Program-made: the position numbers and the translations under genes
Notes under the pieces: model-generated
The model's database searches: none
Seen by the model: the letters and a program-made list of their open reading frames with translations, nothing else
What the model was told of the DNA's origin: nothing
Source of the DNA: a virus
Taxonomy: Duplodnaviria; Caudoviricetes
Length of the DNA: 64,000 nucleotides
Strand: one strand, 5' to 3'
Virus record (IMG/VR): IMGVR_UViG_3300014043_000154
Coordinates: 1,262-65,261 of that record
Shown here: one piece after another, positions 8,724 to 18,520 of the stretch
How the letters are laid out: the number at the start of each line of letters is the position of its first letter
Position numbering within the stretch: the stretch's first letter is position 1

Positions 8724-10252
8724 CAGAACCCACCTCCCATGAAGTCGAACAGGCTCATCTGTCCTTCGAACTCGTCTTTCTTCTTCGGCTTTGGCTTCTG
8801 CTCCTTCTTTTCTTCCTGCCCCTTCGGTTTCTTGGCCTTCATGTACTCCGCCTTTGTAATACTCTCAGCGTCTTTGAGCGCATCTTCCGTCGGCATCGGA
8901 GTTCCCTTCTCGACCATCCAGTACAGGTCACCTGACTTGTAATACAGGTCCTTCTTTGCAACGGCCGGCTTGTCCGGTTTCGGCATTTTGAGAACCTTGC
9001 TGTCCTTCTTCGGCTTTTCTGCTTTTTCTTCGGCTTTCGGCTTTGCTGCCTTCGGCTTATCCGCTTTGGGCTTCTCCTTCTTGTCTTCCTTAAGGTTGTC
9101 CGTCATGTAATAGTCGCGCGCCCACCCGATGAGCATCTCGGATGTGACAGGTACCGAGATCGGTTCCTCCCTGTTCCTTGCTTTCTCCCTCTGTTCCGCC
9201 GTCGGATTCGTCAGCTTCATGGCCTGGTTCGTGCAGTACATCATGTAATGCCCGAAGGTCTTTTCCTCTTTGAGGACAGCCGTGTCAAGTGCAGGATCTT
9301 TCTTGCACTCTTCTATCAGAGCCGAGAACAATAACTCATACTGCTGTTTCACGGCATCCGGTGCTCCCGGAGCAACGATCCCGATGTACTTGTTCTTTTC
9401 GTCTAAGAGACGATCTTCTCCTTTCGCATATGTCTTATCCATATCAATCTCTCCTACATAAAATGTGAATGTTGCTGTCTTCTTTTTCGGCTCCAGCATC
9501 TTCAGCACATCTTTGATGGCCTCAATCTTCCGAAGGGAATTCCATTTCTCTGCGAAGAACATCGTTGTGAACCACAACTCCTGTCCTTCCCTCTCGATCG
9601 GGCGGAGGACGCTCGGTCCTGTGCATGGATTCGTCAACGTATTGCCGACGCATACATATCCCGGAGCACCAAGGAGGCTCATCTGCACATAGCACATAAG
9701 TGCTGCTACTTCATCGATGTCCTGTGCCACGAAGACCGCTTCCGTCTGGTAGTTGATGCCATGCCTCCTCAGTTCATTGATACCCGCTATCAGCGTTGCC
9801 CCCGCTCCGCATGCCGGATCCGAAATACTTATGTACGGCCTGTTGCGCATCTTTTCGATATCACCGTCTATGGTGATCTTCGCCATTGCGACGCAGACAT
9901 CGTACGGGGTGAAGAACTGTCCGTGCCAATGGGAGCCAAGATCGAGGTTCATATAAATCTTTCCGAGGAAGTCCTGGTCGGGATTAACCTCAAGAGCCAT
10001 GGTCACTACACCGAGCAGCTTGGCAGGAATGTCAACGCCCCCAAGCCTTTCAATACACCGGGAATACTCTTTTTCTCTTCTCTCGAAGTGATCCGGGTTA
10101 CGGTCGGTGGCGTTACTGATCGCGCACGCCCACGCCTTCATCAGGTCCGCCCAGACCTGCCACCTCTGGCGGCTGTAGCAAAGCTTCTGGAACAGGTCGA
10201 GGAACTCCTTCTCCGTCCCCATCAATTGCTTTTCTGCTGCTGTCCGTTTCAT
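8723..10252 (-). CDS. N6-methylase-like domain fused in frame to a PcfK-like domain
   Basis: GQFFTP, DPACGAGA, AQDID, GNTL; C-terminal half PcfK-like ending EGQMSLFDF; internal RBS+ATG at 9442. Confidence 0.75.
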   Translation of the reverse strand: MKRTAAEKQLMGTEKEFLDLFQKLCYSRQRWQVWADLMKAWACAISNATDRNPDHFERREKEYSRCIERLGGVDIPAKLLGVVTMALEVNPDQDFLGKIYMNLDLGSHWHGQFFTPYDVCVAMAKITIDGDIEKMRNRPYISISDPACGAGATLIAGINELRRHGINYQTEAVFVAQDIDEVAALMCYVQMSLLGAPGYVCVGNTLTNPCTGPSVLRPIEREGQELWFTTMFFAEKWNSLRKIEAIKDVLKMLEPKKKTATFTFYVGEIDMDKTYAKGEDRLLDEKNKYIGIVAPGAPDAVKQQYELLFSALIEECKKDPALDTAVLKEEKTFGHYMMYCTNQAMKLTNPTAEQREKARNREEPISVPVTSEMLIGWARDYYMTDNLKEDKKEKPKADKPKAAKPKAEEKAEKPKKDSKVLKMPKPDKPAVAKKDLYYKSGDLYWMVEKGTPMPTEDALKDAESITKAEYMKAKKPKGQEEKKEQKPKPKKKDEFEGQMSLFDFMGGGF

Positions 10253-10754
10253 GTGCTATCCTTTCCTGGCACCTTTGCTTGAATCTGAGCAGCGCCGCAG
10301 GGGTGCCAGCTTCCTGACGTTTCCTCTCGGCCAGCGCGTCATATAGCCGGAGGAAATGCGCACGCTCCGTCGCGATATTCGTTGACAGGCAGATGTCCCG
10401 GAACCCTACCCCCTGGACGGCCTGCCGCGTCAGTTCATCCATGGCGGCAAGCGCGGCCTCTTCCTGATAGTATCCGTACCTGCGGACCATCTTCCTGACG
10501 TCTTGCCATGCATCGCCGGCCGGCTTGATAGGTGCAGAAGTAAATTCCGCACATTTCTGCCGAAGTTCGGCGATGCTCGGCGGATAGATTGATTGAGAGA
10601 TGATCTCAAGCAGTGCCATCTGGCAGATCTGATAATCCAGATCGGCTAAAGACTTGTACCAGAGGTTGATCTCGAACTTGCCCGGCATGATCTGCTTGCC
10701 CGGCCATGCGCTCTTGATCGCCGCCCTGATGAATTCGAACTCATCACTGGTCAT
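10113..10754 (-). CDS. Replicative helicase loader/inhibitor (G39P-like)
   Basis: LWY..L.DL, YPPSIAELR, AW..V...VRRYG; directly after the initiator; the last ~45 codons overlap the next gene and may be spurious. Confidence 0.65.
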   Translation of the reverse strand: MTSDEFEFIRAAIKSAWPGKQIMPGKFEINLWYKSLADLDYQICQMALLEIISQSIYPPSIAELRQKCAEFTSAPIKPAGDAWQDVRKMVRRYGYYQEEAALAAMDELTRQAVQGVGFRDICLSTNIATERAHFLRLYDALAERKRQEAGTPAALLRFKQRCQERIAHETDSSRKAIDGDGEGVPRPVPEALLQPPEVAGLGGPDEGVGVRDQ

Positions 10755-11541
10755 CGGTGTACCACCCCTTGGTCGCTTCCATGTACTCTGCCGTTGTCTG
10801 ATATCGATTCGTCTGTGTCCGACCTGTTTGCGGTCTAGCGCGATTCTGCTCTCTGGACAGCCAGTTCGTAATAAATCTCTTTACTCCAGAACGCGTCTTC
10901 CTGTTCTTCGGGTTAGAATCACACCATCCAACCATATTCCTAAGTTCCTGCTCAACATCCACTGCGGGATATAGCTCTTTGAGGCGTGATAGATAGATGA
11001 CATCAACATGGAATTCTCCCTGTCCCACTTTCAGCGGAATGCTTATAAATATATCTACTGTAGGTTCAGCAGATTCTACTGAACCGGAAGAAGATGTTTT
11101 ATTACCCTTACCTAAACTATCCTTACCTGTATTTACCTTACCTAAACTATCCTTACCTATACTGGGTATACCATCGGTTGTCACTCGGTTGTCACTTGGT
11201 AGACAACTGGTAGACAACTGGTTGTCACCGAGGATTTCAACGACCAGCTCATGATAAGCACCTGCTCTGTAACGATCGCTGCGAATATAGTTGTTCGTAT
11301 TCCAGTCCGTGATATAAACTGCAAGGTCATGATTGAGTATCTTAACGTATCCCTTATGGACCAAGATTCTCAGATCATCCTCGGTTGCACTGATGGCTCT
11401 CATCACCATCAGTGCTTCCACTACTCCGTCATCATCGGCATTTACTCCAAGATGGAAGTAAAGATTCTGTGACGATGCAGGCATTTGGATGAAACGGCCG
11501 GAACTGACAACGCTCTTTGCAAACATTCTTCGTTCTGCCAT
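10744..11541 (-). CDS. Phage replication initiator (replisome organizer type)
   Basis: MAERRMFAK...LYFHL..ADDDG.V N-terminus; internal iterons; C-terminal RFITNWL. Confidence 0.85.
   Translation of the reverse strand: MAERRMFAKSVVSSGRFIQMPASSQNLYFHLGVNADDDGVVEALMVMRAISATEDDLRILVHKGYVKILNHDLAVYITDWNTNNYIRSDRYRAGAYHELVVEILGDNQLSTSCLPSDNRVTTDGIPSIGKDSLGKVNTGKDSLGKGNKTSSSGSVESAEPTVDIFISIPLKVGQGEFHVDVIYLSRLKELYPAVDVEQELRNMVGWCDSNPKNRKTRSGVKRFITNWLSREQNRARPQTGRTQTNRYQTTAEYMEATKGWYTDDQ
11106..11229. repeat. Iteron-type repeats, likely replication origin
   Basis: CCTTACCT x4 at 15-bp period (11106, 11121, 11136, 11151); five consecutive 11-bp units CGGTTGTCACT x2, TGGTAGACAAC x2, TGGTTGTCACC (11175-11229). 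Confidence 0.75.
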
Positions 11542-11552
11542 ATGTTTTCTCC

Positions 11553-14500
11553 TCAATCGTAGATAATCTTACTGCCCTCTTCCGCACTCTTGACGACCGT
11601 GAGGCTCTGCGAGAAGCGGGCTTTCATGGCCGGGTCGTGCGTGATGGCAATGATGCTGATACGCGGGTTCCTCTTCCTGATGGCCTCCATCGAATCGACA
11701 TAAGCCTGTGTGCCGTCCTCATCCAAGAACGGCGGCTCGTCGACGCCGAGGAACCCGATCTGGACACCCGAAGCCTCCATCTTGACTTCCGCGAGAGAGA
11801 GGTTGACTGCCAAAGAAGCTTTGACCTTCTCGCCTCCCGACTTGGATGTGTACGGGAGAGCTGTCTTGCCATACTCCTCGATGATGATGTCGAGCGTCGC
11901 TTTTTCGCCGTCGCGCCCCTTGACCGTCTTCTCCATCACGAAATCGACGCCCATCGTCCCTCCTGTCATGGCTCCGAGGATCCCGTTCGCCTTATCCCGG
12001 ATGTAAGGGATGATGTTCCGAATGATCTGGTGGGGGACCCCGTCCTGGCTGAATGCCGTCTTAAGGACTTCATACTTGGCCGCAAGGTCTGCAGCTTCAT
12101 CGATCCCCTTCCTGAGGCCTGCGATCTCTTCCCTCATGACCTTGATATCCTCGATCCTCTGCGTGGCAGCTCCCATCCGCATCCTGAGCGCGTCACCATT
12201 GCCCCGGAGGCTCTCTAAGTTCTTCTCCATTTCAGAAAGCATGACCCGTGAAGCATCCGGATCCTTCTCTGCAAGCAGAAGATCCAGCCTTTTTGACTCA
12301 GCTTCCAGTCTAGCCATCTCGGCACGCTTTGCTTCAAGGGATTCGTTGATCGTATTGGCGGCCACAAGGTCGGCCTCGTTCTTCGCACGCAGGGCAGGGA
12401 TGTCCTTTGCACACATTTTCGATGCTGCGCATTTCACGCAGACAAGCTTTGCCTCTTTCGTTCTTTTAACGGATTCAGCGAGCCTACTCACCGTTTCTGT
12501 GAGTTCTGAGCGTTCATATGCGCGTTTCTCGCGGATTTTCTGCTTTTCGTCGAGGGATTTTATCTTCTCGGCCACAGAAGCCATCAGCGAGGCAATCTGG
12601 ACGTTCTGTGAGGCAATCTGCGATGCCCGTTCCCTTGCCGGCGCGAGGCGTTTTACCTTTTCCTCGAGGTCAGGGATGTCCTCCGGAGAGAACCCGGTCG
12701 CTTTGATGCGGTCATTATATTCTTCGTTCAGCTGCTCCAGCGCAATCGCACATTTGGATTTAGAAGCTTCCTGATCCTTGATCTCCTGCTCGATGGCGGG
12801 GATGCCTGCGACATCTTCTTTCGCCTGAGACAGGAAGCGGCACCGGGCGTTCGCCGCATCGATGCATCCGGACCTTTCCATGAAGTCTTTCTGCCTGTTT
12901 GCCCCGGAAAGCTTCTGCCGCAGGAGTTCGATCCTGTTATCCGCCAATGAAATGAGCTTCGATACGTTCTTCGACCTGTGCTCCATTTCGTTCACCAAAG
13001 AGTAATAGTCGCCCTGCCTCTTCCGGGCTGCGGCAAGTTCGGCCTCGGCCGCTTCAAGCTCCCTGACCTTCCGTGCTACGTCTTCCGCATCGGCGGCTTC
13101 ACGTTCCATACGTTCGACATCAGCATTTGCCCGGTCAATCTCCGATGATGCGCTGGCGATCTCATTGTCCAGCGCGCCGATCTCGATACGCACATCCGCA
13201 AGTCTTTCATTAGCGGATTCATGTCTGGCGACATCCTGGGAAAGTTCCGCGATCGTGGCCATTGCCCTGTCATACGATTCCGCCTCGGCCTCGATCACGT
13301 CCGCATTGGCAAGCACTTCATTCCGTTTATCGATGGCCGCAGACAGGTCAAACGCCTTGACGGATTCACTGCAGATTTCATCGAACAGCGCTGATACCTT
13401 ACCTGTTATGTCGTCCAGCTTCGCTTTCAGGCTGTCCGCCTCATCAATATCCTTCCGCAGTTTTGTGATCTGCGCCGTAGTGCCTGAGATTTTGCCCTCA
13501 AGATCATTGATATTTCTTTCCAGCTCTGCGAGCTCGCTCTCCGGATCCCCTTTGTTTGCGATCTGCTGTTCCTTGACCTGTACGGCAGTCTTGCCGGAAG
13601 CGTAATCCCTTTTGGCCGCCGCCAGAAGGTCTCTGGCGCTCTTTTCCATCACCCCGTAGATCGAAAGGCCGAGCAGGTTCGAGAGGATCGCGATACGTTC
13701 ATCTTTCCGCGCTTCGAGGAAAAGCCCGTACTGGTCCTGCATGATGAGCGCGCATGTCTTGAACGTCATGTAATCCATTCCGAGGACATGTTCGATCTCT
13801 TTCTGCGTGTCCGCGCCTTTCTCAGAGGACATGTTCACCCATTCCCCGCCGGCATCCAGACGGGAGAGATTAACTGTTCCCTTACCGCTCTTCTGGCGGG
13901 TCCGCGTTACGCGGAACATGTGCTCGCCGATGGAGAAGGTGAATTCGATAAATCCGCTCCGGGCATCCGGCGCAGCTCTCAGCCACGCTTTAACATCGCC
14001 CTCTCTCGTCTTCTCGAACAGACAGTCCATCGGGGCATCGAAGAACAGGCTTGATTTGCCCGCTCCATTCACTCCATTGACTGACAGGAAGCTGATGTCT
14101 GTATAATCGAATTCCGCTTCCTTGTAGGCACGATAGTTCTTGACGGCGATCTTTACCGGCTTGAACTCGCCCTGGTACTCGTTCGCCTCGATCTGCTTCA
14201 GCGCCTCTCCGATGATGGGGGCTGCAAGATCTGCGACAGCTCCTGCATCCTTCACGCATTTCTCATCGAGCCACTTCTTGAGATTCTCATAAGGGTCTGA
14301 TTCCTCGTTCATGAGCCCGCGGTTCTGTACTTCTACCGTCTGCTCCGATTCGATATTCGCCACATAGAAGGCTCCCATCTCCATCAGGTCTGCTTGCAGG
14401 ACCGGGATGTTCAGCGCACGTTTCTGTGCATCATCGCATGTATACCGGAGGCGTACGATCTTTCCACCAAGAAGCTCTTTGTATCCCATTCCTACCATCA

Positions 14501-15383
14501 TGAACTGTCCATCCATGAGATAAGATGCAACATCATCAGGCTCCCAATTGAGCGTCTGGAACTGATTGTGCGGCGTAATAAAGAACTTAGACTCCCCCTC
14601 AGTGTCGTGGATCCAGAATCCCCTGACCTGTCCTTCATCATTGAAATTCAGAGCGTTGATTGCTCCAGCGTAGTAAACTCCGTCAAGGCCTTCCACTTTT
14701 TGCGGTCTGTGAACGTGTCCAAGAAGCGCATAATCGAACGCTGTTGCATTGAGGACTTCTCTCGGAAGCACAGGCTCAAAATTGGCATAGCAGCTTGTCT
14801 GGCCGGATTCGATGTTGCATCCTGGTACGGTGTAGTGCGCCATGAGGATGTTCTTCTCCCCGTTGCACTGTGCCCGAAGTCCGGAGACGATTGCTCCGAT
14901 TTGCTCTGTCCAGACCTGGTTCTCTTCATCTGCAGACAGCCCCGGGAACTTAGCCCGGAATTCCTGTTTGTCGAATCCCGGAACGACTGCGAAGTCTGCG
15001 ATCCTTGTTGCTATCACGCGCGGTTCTGTCACGACGATGACTCTGCGGTTCCCCTCCAGCATCTTCTCAAGCACACGGAACTGTCCGGCTCCGTCGTGGT
15101 TCGGTGTGCCCCTCATGACGATGACCAGCTTTGCCGTCTCAGCAAGCTCTGTGATGATCCTCGTTGCGGTCAGCATCTCATCGGAGTAGCGGACAGGTCC
15201 TACCTGCTCCTGATGGAAGATGTCGCCGGAGACACATACGATATCAGGATGCTGTGCTTTCGCAGTCTCGACCATGAATTCAAGACACTTTACAGTGGTC
15301 TTGTATCTAAGATTCATGCCGTCTTTATCGGCGGGACCTTTGAAGGGTCCCAGGTGCCAATCAGCAGTTTGCAATAATTTCAT
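11553..15383 (-). CDS. Single-chain SbcD(Mre11)-SbcC(Rad50) nuclease-ATPase fusion
   Basis: N-terminal TADWHLG, SGDIFH, GTPNHD, LGHVH phosphoesterase motifs; then GVNGAGKSS Walker A, coiled coil, KSGGEK signature, GVDEP Walker B, ITHD. Confidence 0.9.
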   Translation of the reverse strand: MKLLQTADWHLGPFKGPADKDGMNLRYKTTVKCLEFMVETAKAQHPDIVCVSGDIFHQEQVGPVRYSDEMLTATRIITELAETAKLVIVMRGTPNHDGAGQFRVLEKMLEGNRRVIVVTEPRVIATRIADFAVVPGFDKQEFRAKFPGLSADEENQVWTEQIGAIVSGLRAQCNGEKNILMAHYTVPGCNIESGQTSCYANFEPVLPREVLNATAFDYALLGHVHRPQKVEGLDGVYYAGAINALNFNDEGQVRGFWIHDTEGESKFFITPHNQFQTLNWEPDDVASYLMDGQFMMVGMGYKELLGGKIVRLRYTCDDAQKRALNIPVLQADLMEMGAFYVANIESEQTVEVQNRGLMNEESDPYENLKKWLDEKCVKDAGAVADLAAPIIGEALKQIEANEYQGEFKPVKIAVKNYRAYKEAEFDYTDISFLSVNGVNGAGKSSLFFDAPMDCLFEKTREGDVKAWLRAAPDARSGFIEFTFSIGEHMFRVTRTRQKSGKGTVNLSRLDAGGEWVNMSSEKGADTQKEIEHVLGMDYMTFKTCALIMQDQYGLFLEARKDERIAILSNLLGLSIYGVMEKSARDLLAAAKRDYASGKTAVQVKEQQIANKGDPESELAELERNINDLEGKISGTTAQITKLRKDIDEADSLKAKLDDITGKVSALFDEICSESVKAFDLSAAIDKRNEVLANADVIEAEAESYDRAMATIAELSQDVARHESANERLADVRIEIGALDNEIASASSEIDRANADVERMEREAADAEDVARKVRELEAAEAELAAARKRQGDYYSLVNEMEHRSKNVSKLISLADNRIELLRQKLSGANRQKDFMERSGCIDAANARCRFLSQAKEDVAGIPAIEQEIKDQEASKSKCAIALEQLNEEYNDRIKATGFSPEDIPDLEEKVKRLAPARERASQIASQNVQIASLMASVAEKIKSLDEKQKIREKRAYERSELTETVSRLAESVKRTKEAKLVCVKCAASKMCAKDIPALRAKNEADLVAANTINESLEAKRAEMARLEAESKRLDLLLAEKDPDASRVMLSEMEKNLESLRGNGDALRMRMGAATQRIEDIKVMREEIAGLRKGIDEAADLAAKYEVLKTAFSQDGVPHQIIRNIIPYIRDKANGILGAMTGGTMGVDFVMEKTVKGRDGEKATLDIIIEEYGKTALPYTSKSGGEKVKASLAVNLSLAEVKMEASGVQIGFLGVDEPPFLDEDGTQAYVDSMEAIRKRNPRISIIAITHDPAMKARFSQSLTVVKSAEEGSKIIYD

Positions 15384-15816
15384 GATTTTCCCTCGCTTTC
15401 TCACAAAGTTTCTTGAACTGGGGGAGAAGGAGCTTGTACTGGTCATCAGTCAGCCCGATGAAATCAAGTCCGTCTCCATCTCCTATGTCTGTCTCTCCTG
15501 CAATAATGATGTTGCCGAGGATCGGGCAGCCGTGGATGTCTGTCTGGTACAACCAGCAGCCAACAAGGTTGACTCTCTGCTGGTTGGCATAACCATCCTC
15601 ATCCACGAGCATATTCGGTCTGCATCTTCCGTTCTGCGGATATTCCGGATAAGCTCCAAGGCCTGTATAAAGTCTTACAGGCATTACGTGCTCGACCATT
15701 CTGCATCCATTTCCGATCATCCCGGTAAGGGCATCATGTCTTGTCTTCCAGTCTCCGGACGGATAATCCTCTGTCCGGAGTTCATTGTCTGTCGTGATAA
15801 CGATCACTTTGTTCAT
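15361..15816 (-). CDS. DUF3846-like protein
   Basis: MLVDEDG...NL.GC.LY....HG.PI.GNIII. Confidence 0.65.
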   Translation of the reverse strand: MNKVIVITTDNELRTEDYPSGDWKTRHDALTGMIGNGCRMVEHVMPVRLYTGLGAYPEYPQNGRCRPNMLVDEDGYANQQRVNLVGCWLYQTDIHGCPILGNIIIAGETDIGDGDGLDFIGLTDDQYKLLLPQFKKLCEKARENHEIIANC

Positions 15817-17024
15817 CTGTTCCCCCTCGCTTTCTTCTGGCAGTCCATGCAAAGCGCACGTTTGAACACTCTCATGGAGAAATCATTAACATTCTTGTTG
15901 ATTGCAGCCCCACAGTCAGCGCATACATAACCGGAGGCTGTCTGCGTGTTCTGACGTCTCTGCGGAGCTGACGTGACCGCTCTCTGCGGCGCCGGCTGTA
16001 CGGGTGCGGCCTGTACAGGAGCAGGTTCTGGCTCAGGCATATACTGTGTCGGCTCCGGCTGCTGATAGTCTTCTGCATCATCCTGCTCGCGATCGCTTGC
16101 GAATGCGGGATTGTTGAGATCGTCTGCATCGAAAGAGGATGCTTCCGTATCGAAATTGATACGCTGTACAGGTACCTGCGTGATGCCGAACATATTCGTA
16201 ACACTGCCGGCGGCCTGGGCGAGCATTGCCTGTCTCACGATTGGGTCAGAGTAATCCGGCGAGAATACGACAGAGGGAACAGCAAAATTCTTTTTCAGCT
16301 CATCGAGCGTGTACGTCCCCTTGGTGCCGAGCAGTGCGCGGATGACACGCATCTTCGCCCCAGTCATTGCCTTTTCTGCCCATGTCTTGCGGAGGAGTGC
16401 CATGTTCACCATGACCGACCTCTCGACATATCGCGGTCTGTCTGCCTCGTCGATGATGTACTTCTTTACAGGGTAATTGTTCTTATTGAGCTTGACATTG
16501 CCGTTCTTGTCACGGACATCTTCCCAATGCCCCGCGAAGATCTCGGCGGCGGCATTGGCCTGTCTCCAGTCTTCGATGCCTTTCTCGGCTTTATCTGCAA
16601 ACTCGATCTTATACTTCTCCTCTTCATCGAGCAGGCATATCTCTTTCTGGTCTGATTCTGTCCGGGCTGTACCATCCGCCTTGCGGATCGCGCCCTGTGC
16701 ATGCGCGCGGTACGTGTGCTTGTCAACACGCTCACCATATGTTTCTTTGGGATTGAACTGGATGCCGGCAGCCATGGCCATCTTGTTGAGGAGCGGCTTT
16801 GAAAGTGCGTACACATCAGTGTATACGTCCTTGCCGTTCGGTCCCGTGACCTTGGTCTGCCCAACCTTGAAGATATCACCGCTCGTCTCGGATGTATCGA
16901 CCGGAACGACTTCGACGTGATACTTGTAGAATGGATTGAGCTGGGCTTCGGATGCCGCAGGCAACAGCAGATTGCAGTCACCGTACTGCTCCATCAGTGA
17001 TTTCAATGCTTCAGAGTAACTCAT
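15813..17024 (-). CDS. Hypothetical protein, candidate recombinase/SSAP, C-terminal zinc finger
   Basis: Position next to SbcDC; Pro/Gln/acidic linker; CADC...CMDC. Confidence 0.55.
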   Translation of the reverse strand: MSYSEALKSLMEQYGDCNLLLPAASEAQLNPFYKYHVEVVPVDTSETSGDIFKVGQTKVTGPNGKDVYTDVYALSKPLLNKMAMAAGIQFNPKETYGERVDKHTYRAHAQGAIRKADGTARTESDQKEICLLDEEEKYKIEFADKAEKGIEDWRQANAAAEIFAGHWEDVRDKNGNVKLNKNNYPVKKYIIDEADRPRYVERSVMVNMALLRKTWAEKAMTGAKMRVIRALLGTKGTYTLDELKKNFAVPSVVFSPDYSDPIVRQAMLAQAAGSVTNMFGITQVPVQRINFDTEASSFDADDLNNPAFASDREQDDAEDYQQPEPTQYMPEPEPAPVQAAPVQPAPQRAVTSAPQRRQNTQTASGYVCADCGAAINKNVNDFSMRVFKRALCMDCQKKARGNR

Positions 17025-17104
17025 ATTTGCTCTCCTTGATTTTTATTTTCCGCCCGGCTATAATAAGAGTGTGGGCGTTGCTGTCCATAAGTGCTTGCCT
17101 CCGA

Positions 17105-17389
17105 TTAGGAACGGGATCTCGAGTGTCCGTCATACGCTCGGTTCCCACTGTGATTCCGGTCGGAGGCCTTTTTTATTGTCTGGAAGACATATCTGAGTGC
17201 GTTATCAGCCAGGATATATGCTCCTGCTCCGACAATCGCAGCCACCATGACTTCGCCTCCTACTGCTTCATATCCGCGCTCGATATATGCCAGCTTAGAG
17301 AGGATTCCGTATACTCCAATGAAAGCAGTTACGGAAATCCCCATCTTGATGGACGCGAGCACAAGAGCAGTCATCAATCGTCTTTTCAT
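17105..17389 (-). CDS. Small membrane protein
   Basis: Two TM segments; AVGGE motif. Confidence 0.6.
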   Translation of the reverse strand: MKRRLMTALVLASIKMGISVTAFIGVYGILSKLAYIERGYEAVGGEVMVAAIVGAGAYILADNALRYVFQTIKKASDRNHSGNRAYDGHSRSRS

Positions 17390-17400
17390 CTCATCTCCTT

Positions 17401-17562
17401 TCAGATCGCCATCCGGAACTGGCCATCGTCTTCAATCTCGTAAAGCAGCTTGATGATCTTCTCTGCTTCCTCGTGCTCACGTTCACGCTCTTCTTCGCAG
17501 TCACATCTCTCTCCCGGATCGAGATGCGCACCGCAGATCTCGCAAACGTTGTAGTATGCCAA
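17401..17562 (-). CDS. 53-aa zinc-binding protein (TTG start; not in ORF track)
   Basis: Own translation MAYYNVCEICGAHLDPGERCDCEEERE...; GAGGAGGTGA RBS. Confidence 0.7.
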   Translation of the reverse strand: MAYYNVCEICGAHLDPGERCDCEEEREREHEEAEKIIKLLYEIEDDGQFRMAI

Positions 17563-17574
17563 AAACTCACCTCC

Positions 17575-17784
17575 TCATAACATGTAACGAGCATTGAATG
17601 CGCTCTTTGGGACTTTACCTTTCGGGTAATCATCATAAATCCGTCCTTCGCTGATGAGCTCATTCCTTGTGGTGCGAATCATCTTGTACGCTTTGTCTTT
17701 GCAGACCCCGAAAATATTCATCACATCATCCGCTGTGTAATACGATCTGTCATTAACGGACGCCTTTCTGATAACACCGCGCAT
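17575..17784 (-). CDS. xis: Excisionase (ICEBs1 Xis-like winged HTH)
   Basis: YYTADDVMNIFGV.KDKAYKMIR...GKVPK pattern. Confidence 0.7.
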   Translation of the reverse strand: MRGVIRKASVNDRSYYTADDVMNIFGVCKDKAYKMIRTTRNELISEGRIYDDYPKGKVPKSAFNARYML

Positions 17785-17786
17785 CC

Positions 17787-18275
17787 TTACACTCCTTTCT
17801 TTCCTTTCTGCTTCTCCACGAAGACTTTAAGTTCTGCGGAAATCTGCTCGATCTCTGTCAGCGTGTCGATAATCTTCTGCATGTCATCCATCTCCGAATC
17901 ATCAACGACACCGTCAGCCGATATGTCCAGCAGGAGCTCCTTCGCTGTGTTCACCTTGCGGAACGTCGCAAGAGCCTTGACGCTTATGCGGTCGATGTTC
18001 GCTCCCTCGACCCTCGGAAGACCGGTGCCGAGCGGACACATCGTAGCGCAGTAAGTGTTCTTCAGTTCCGGAGCATTGTATACGTCAGCCATCTGAGCGA
18101 CCTCGTCCGGGTTCGGCATAGCCGTTCCGAGTTCGATCTTCATCAGCTTGGAACGCTCGATAAGAACCTCATCGGCTGCTCCTTCCCTGCTGAACAAACG
18201 CTCATTGTATTTTGCCGCCTCGAATCGGGCGTTGTAGAAGACGTTTCCAGCCGCCTTCGGTGCTATTCTCCCCAT
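17787..18275 (-). CDS. HTH regulator (CII-like)
   Basis: SREGAADEV.IERSKL.KIELG HTH; second gene of the lytic operon. Confidence 0.65.
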   Translation of the reverse strand: MGRIAPKAAGNVFYNARFEAAKYNERLFSREGAADEVLIERSKLMKIELGTAMPNPDEVAQMADVYNAPELKNTYCATMCPLGTGLPRVEGANIDRISVKALATFRKVNTAKELLLDISADGVVDDSEMDDMQKIIDTLTEIEQISAELKVFVEKQKGKKGV

Positions 18276-18302
18276 TTTTGTGTTCCTCCGCTTGGGATAT
18301 AA

Positions 18303-18503
18303 TTAGTTATAAGATATGGTTAATCCCAGATGTTTGCTTATCTTCTGGGCAATCTCAGGGGCGTTAATCCGCCCGTTAAGCACGCCGGAAACATACGAGC
18401 GATGGACTCCGATTGCTTTTGCCAGATCTGTTACACTCATGTTTTCCTGACGGAGCATGGCTATTTTCGCCTCCACGCACCATTCCGGAAGCTTACGTTT
18501 CAT
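18303..18503 (-). CDS. Cro-like HTH repressor
   Basis: MSVTDLAKAIGVHRSYVSGVLNG; GGAGG RBS. Confidence 0.85.
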   Translation of the reverse strand: MKRKLPEWCVEAKIAMLRQENMSVTDLAKAIGVHRSYVSGVLNGRINAPEIAQKISKHLGLTISYN

Positions 18504-18520
18504 ATAGGTACCTCCTTTCA

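Noticed and set aside
10113-10260. Functional 140-nt overlap between helicase loader and methylase-like gene
   Set aside because: The overlapping tail looks like off-frame sequence and is most simply a late stop codon; no supporting signal
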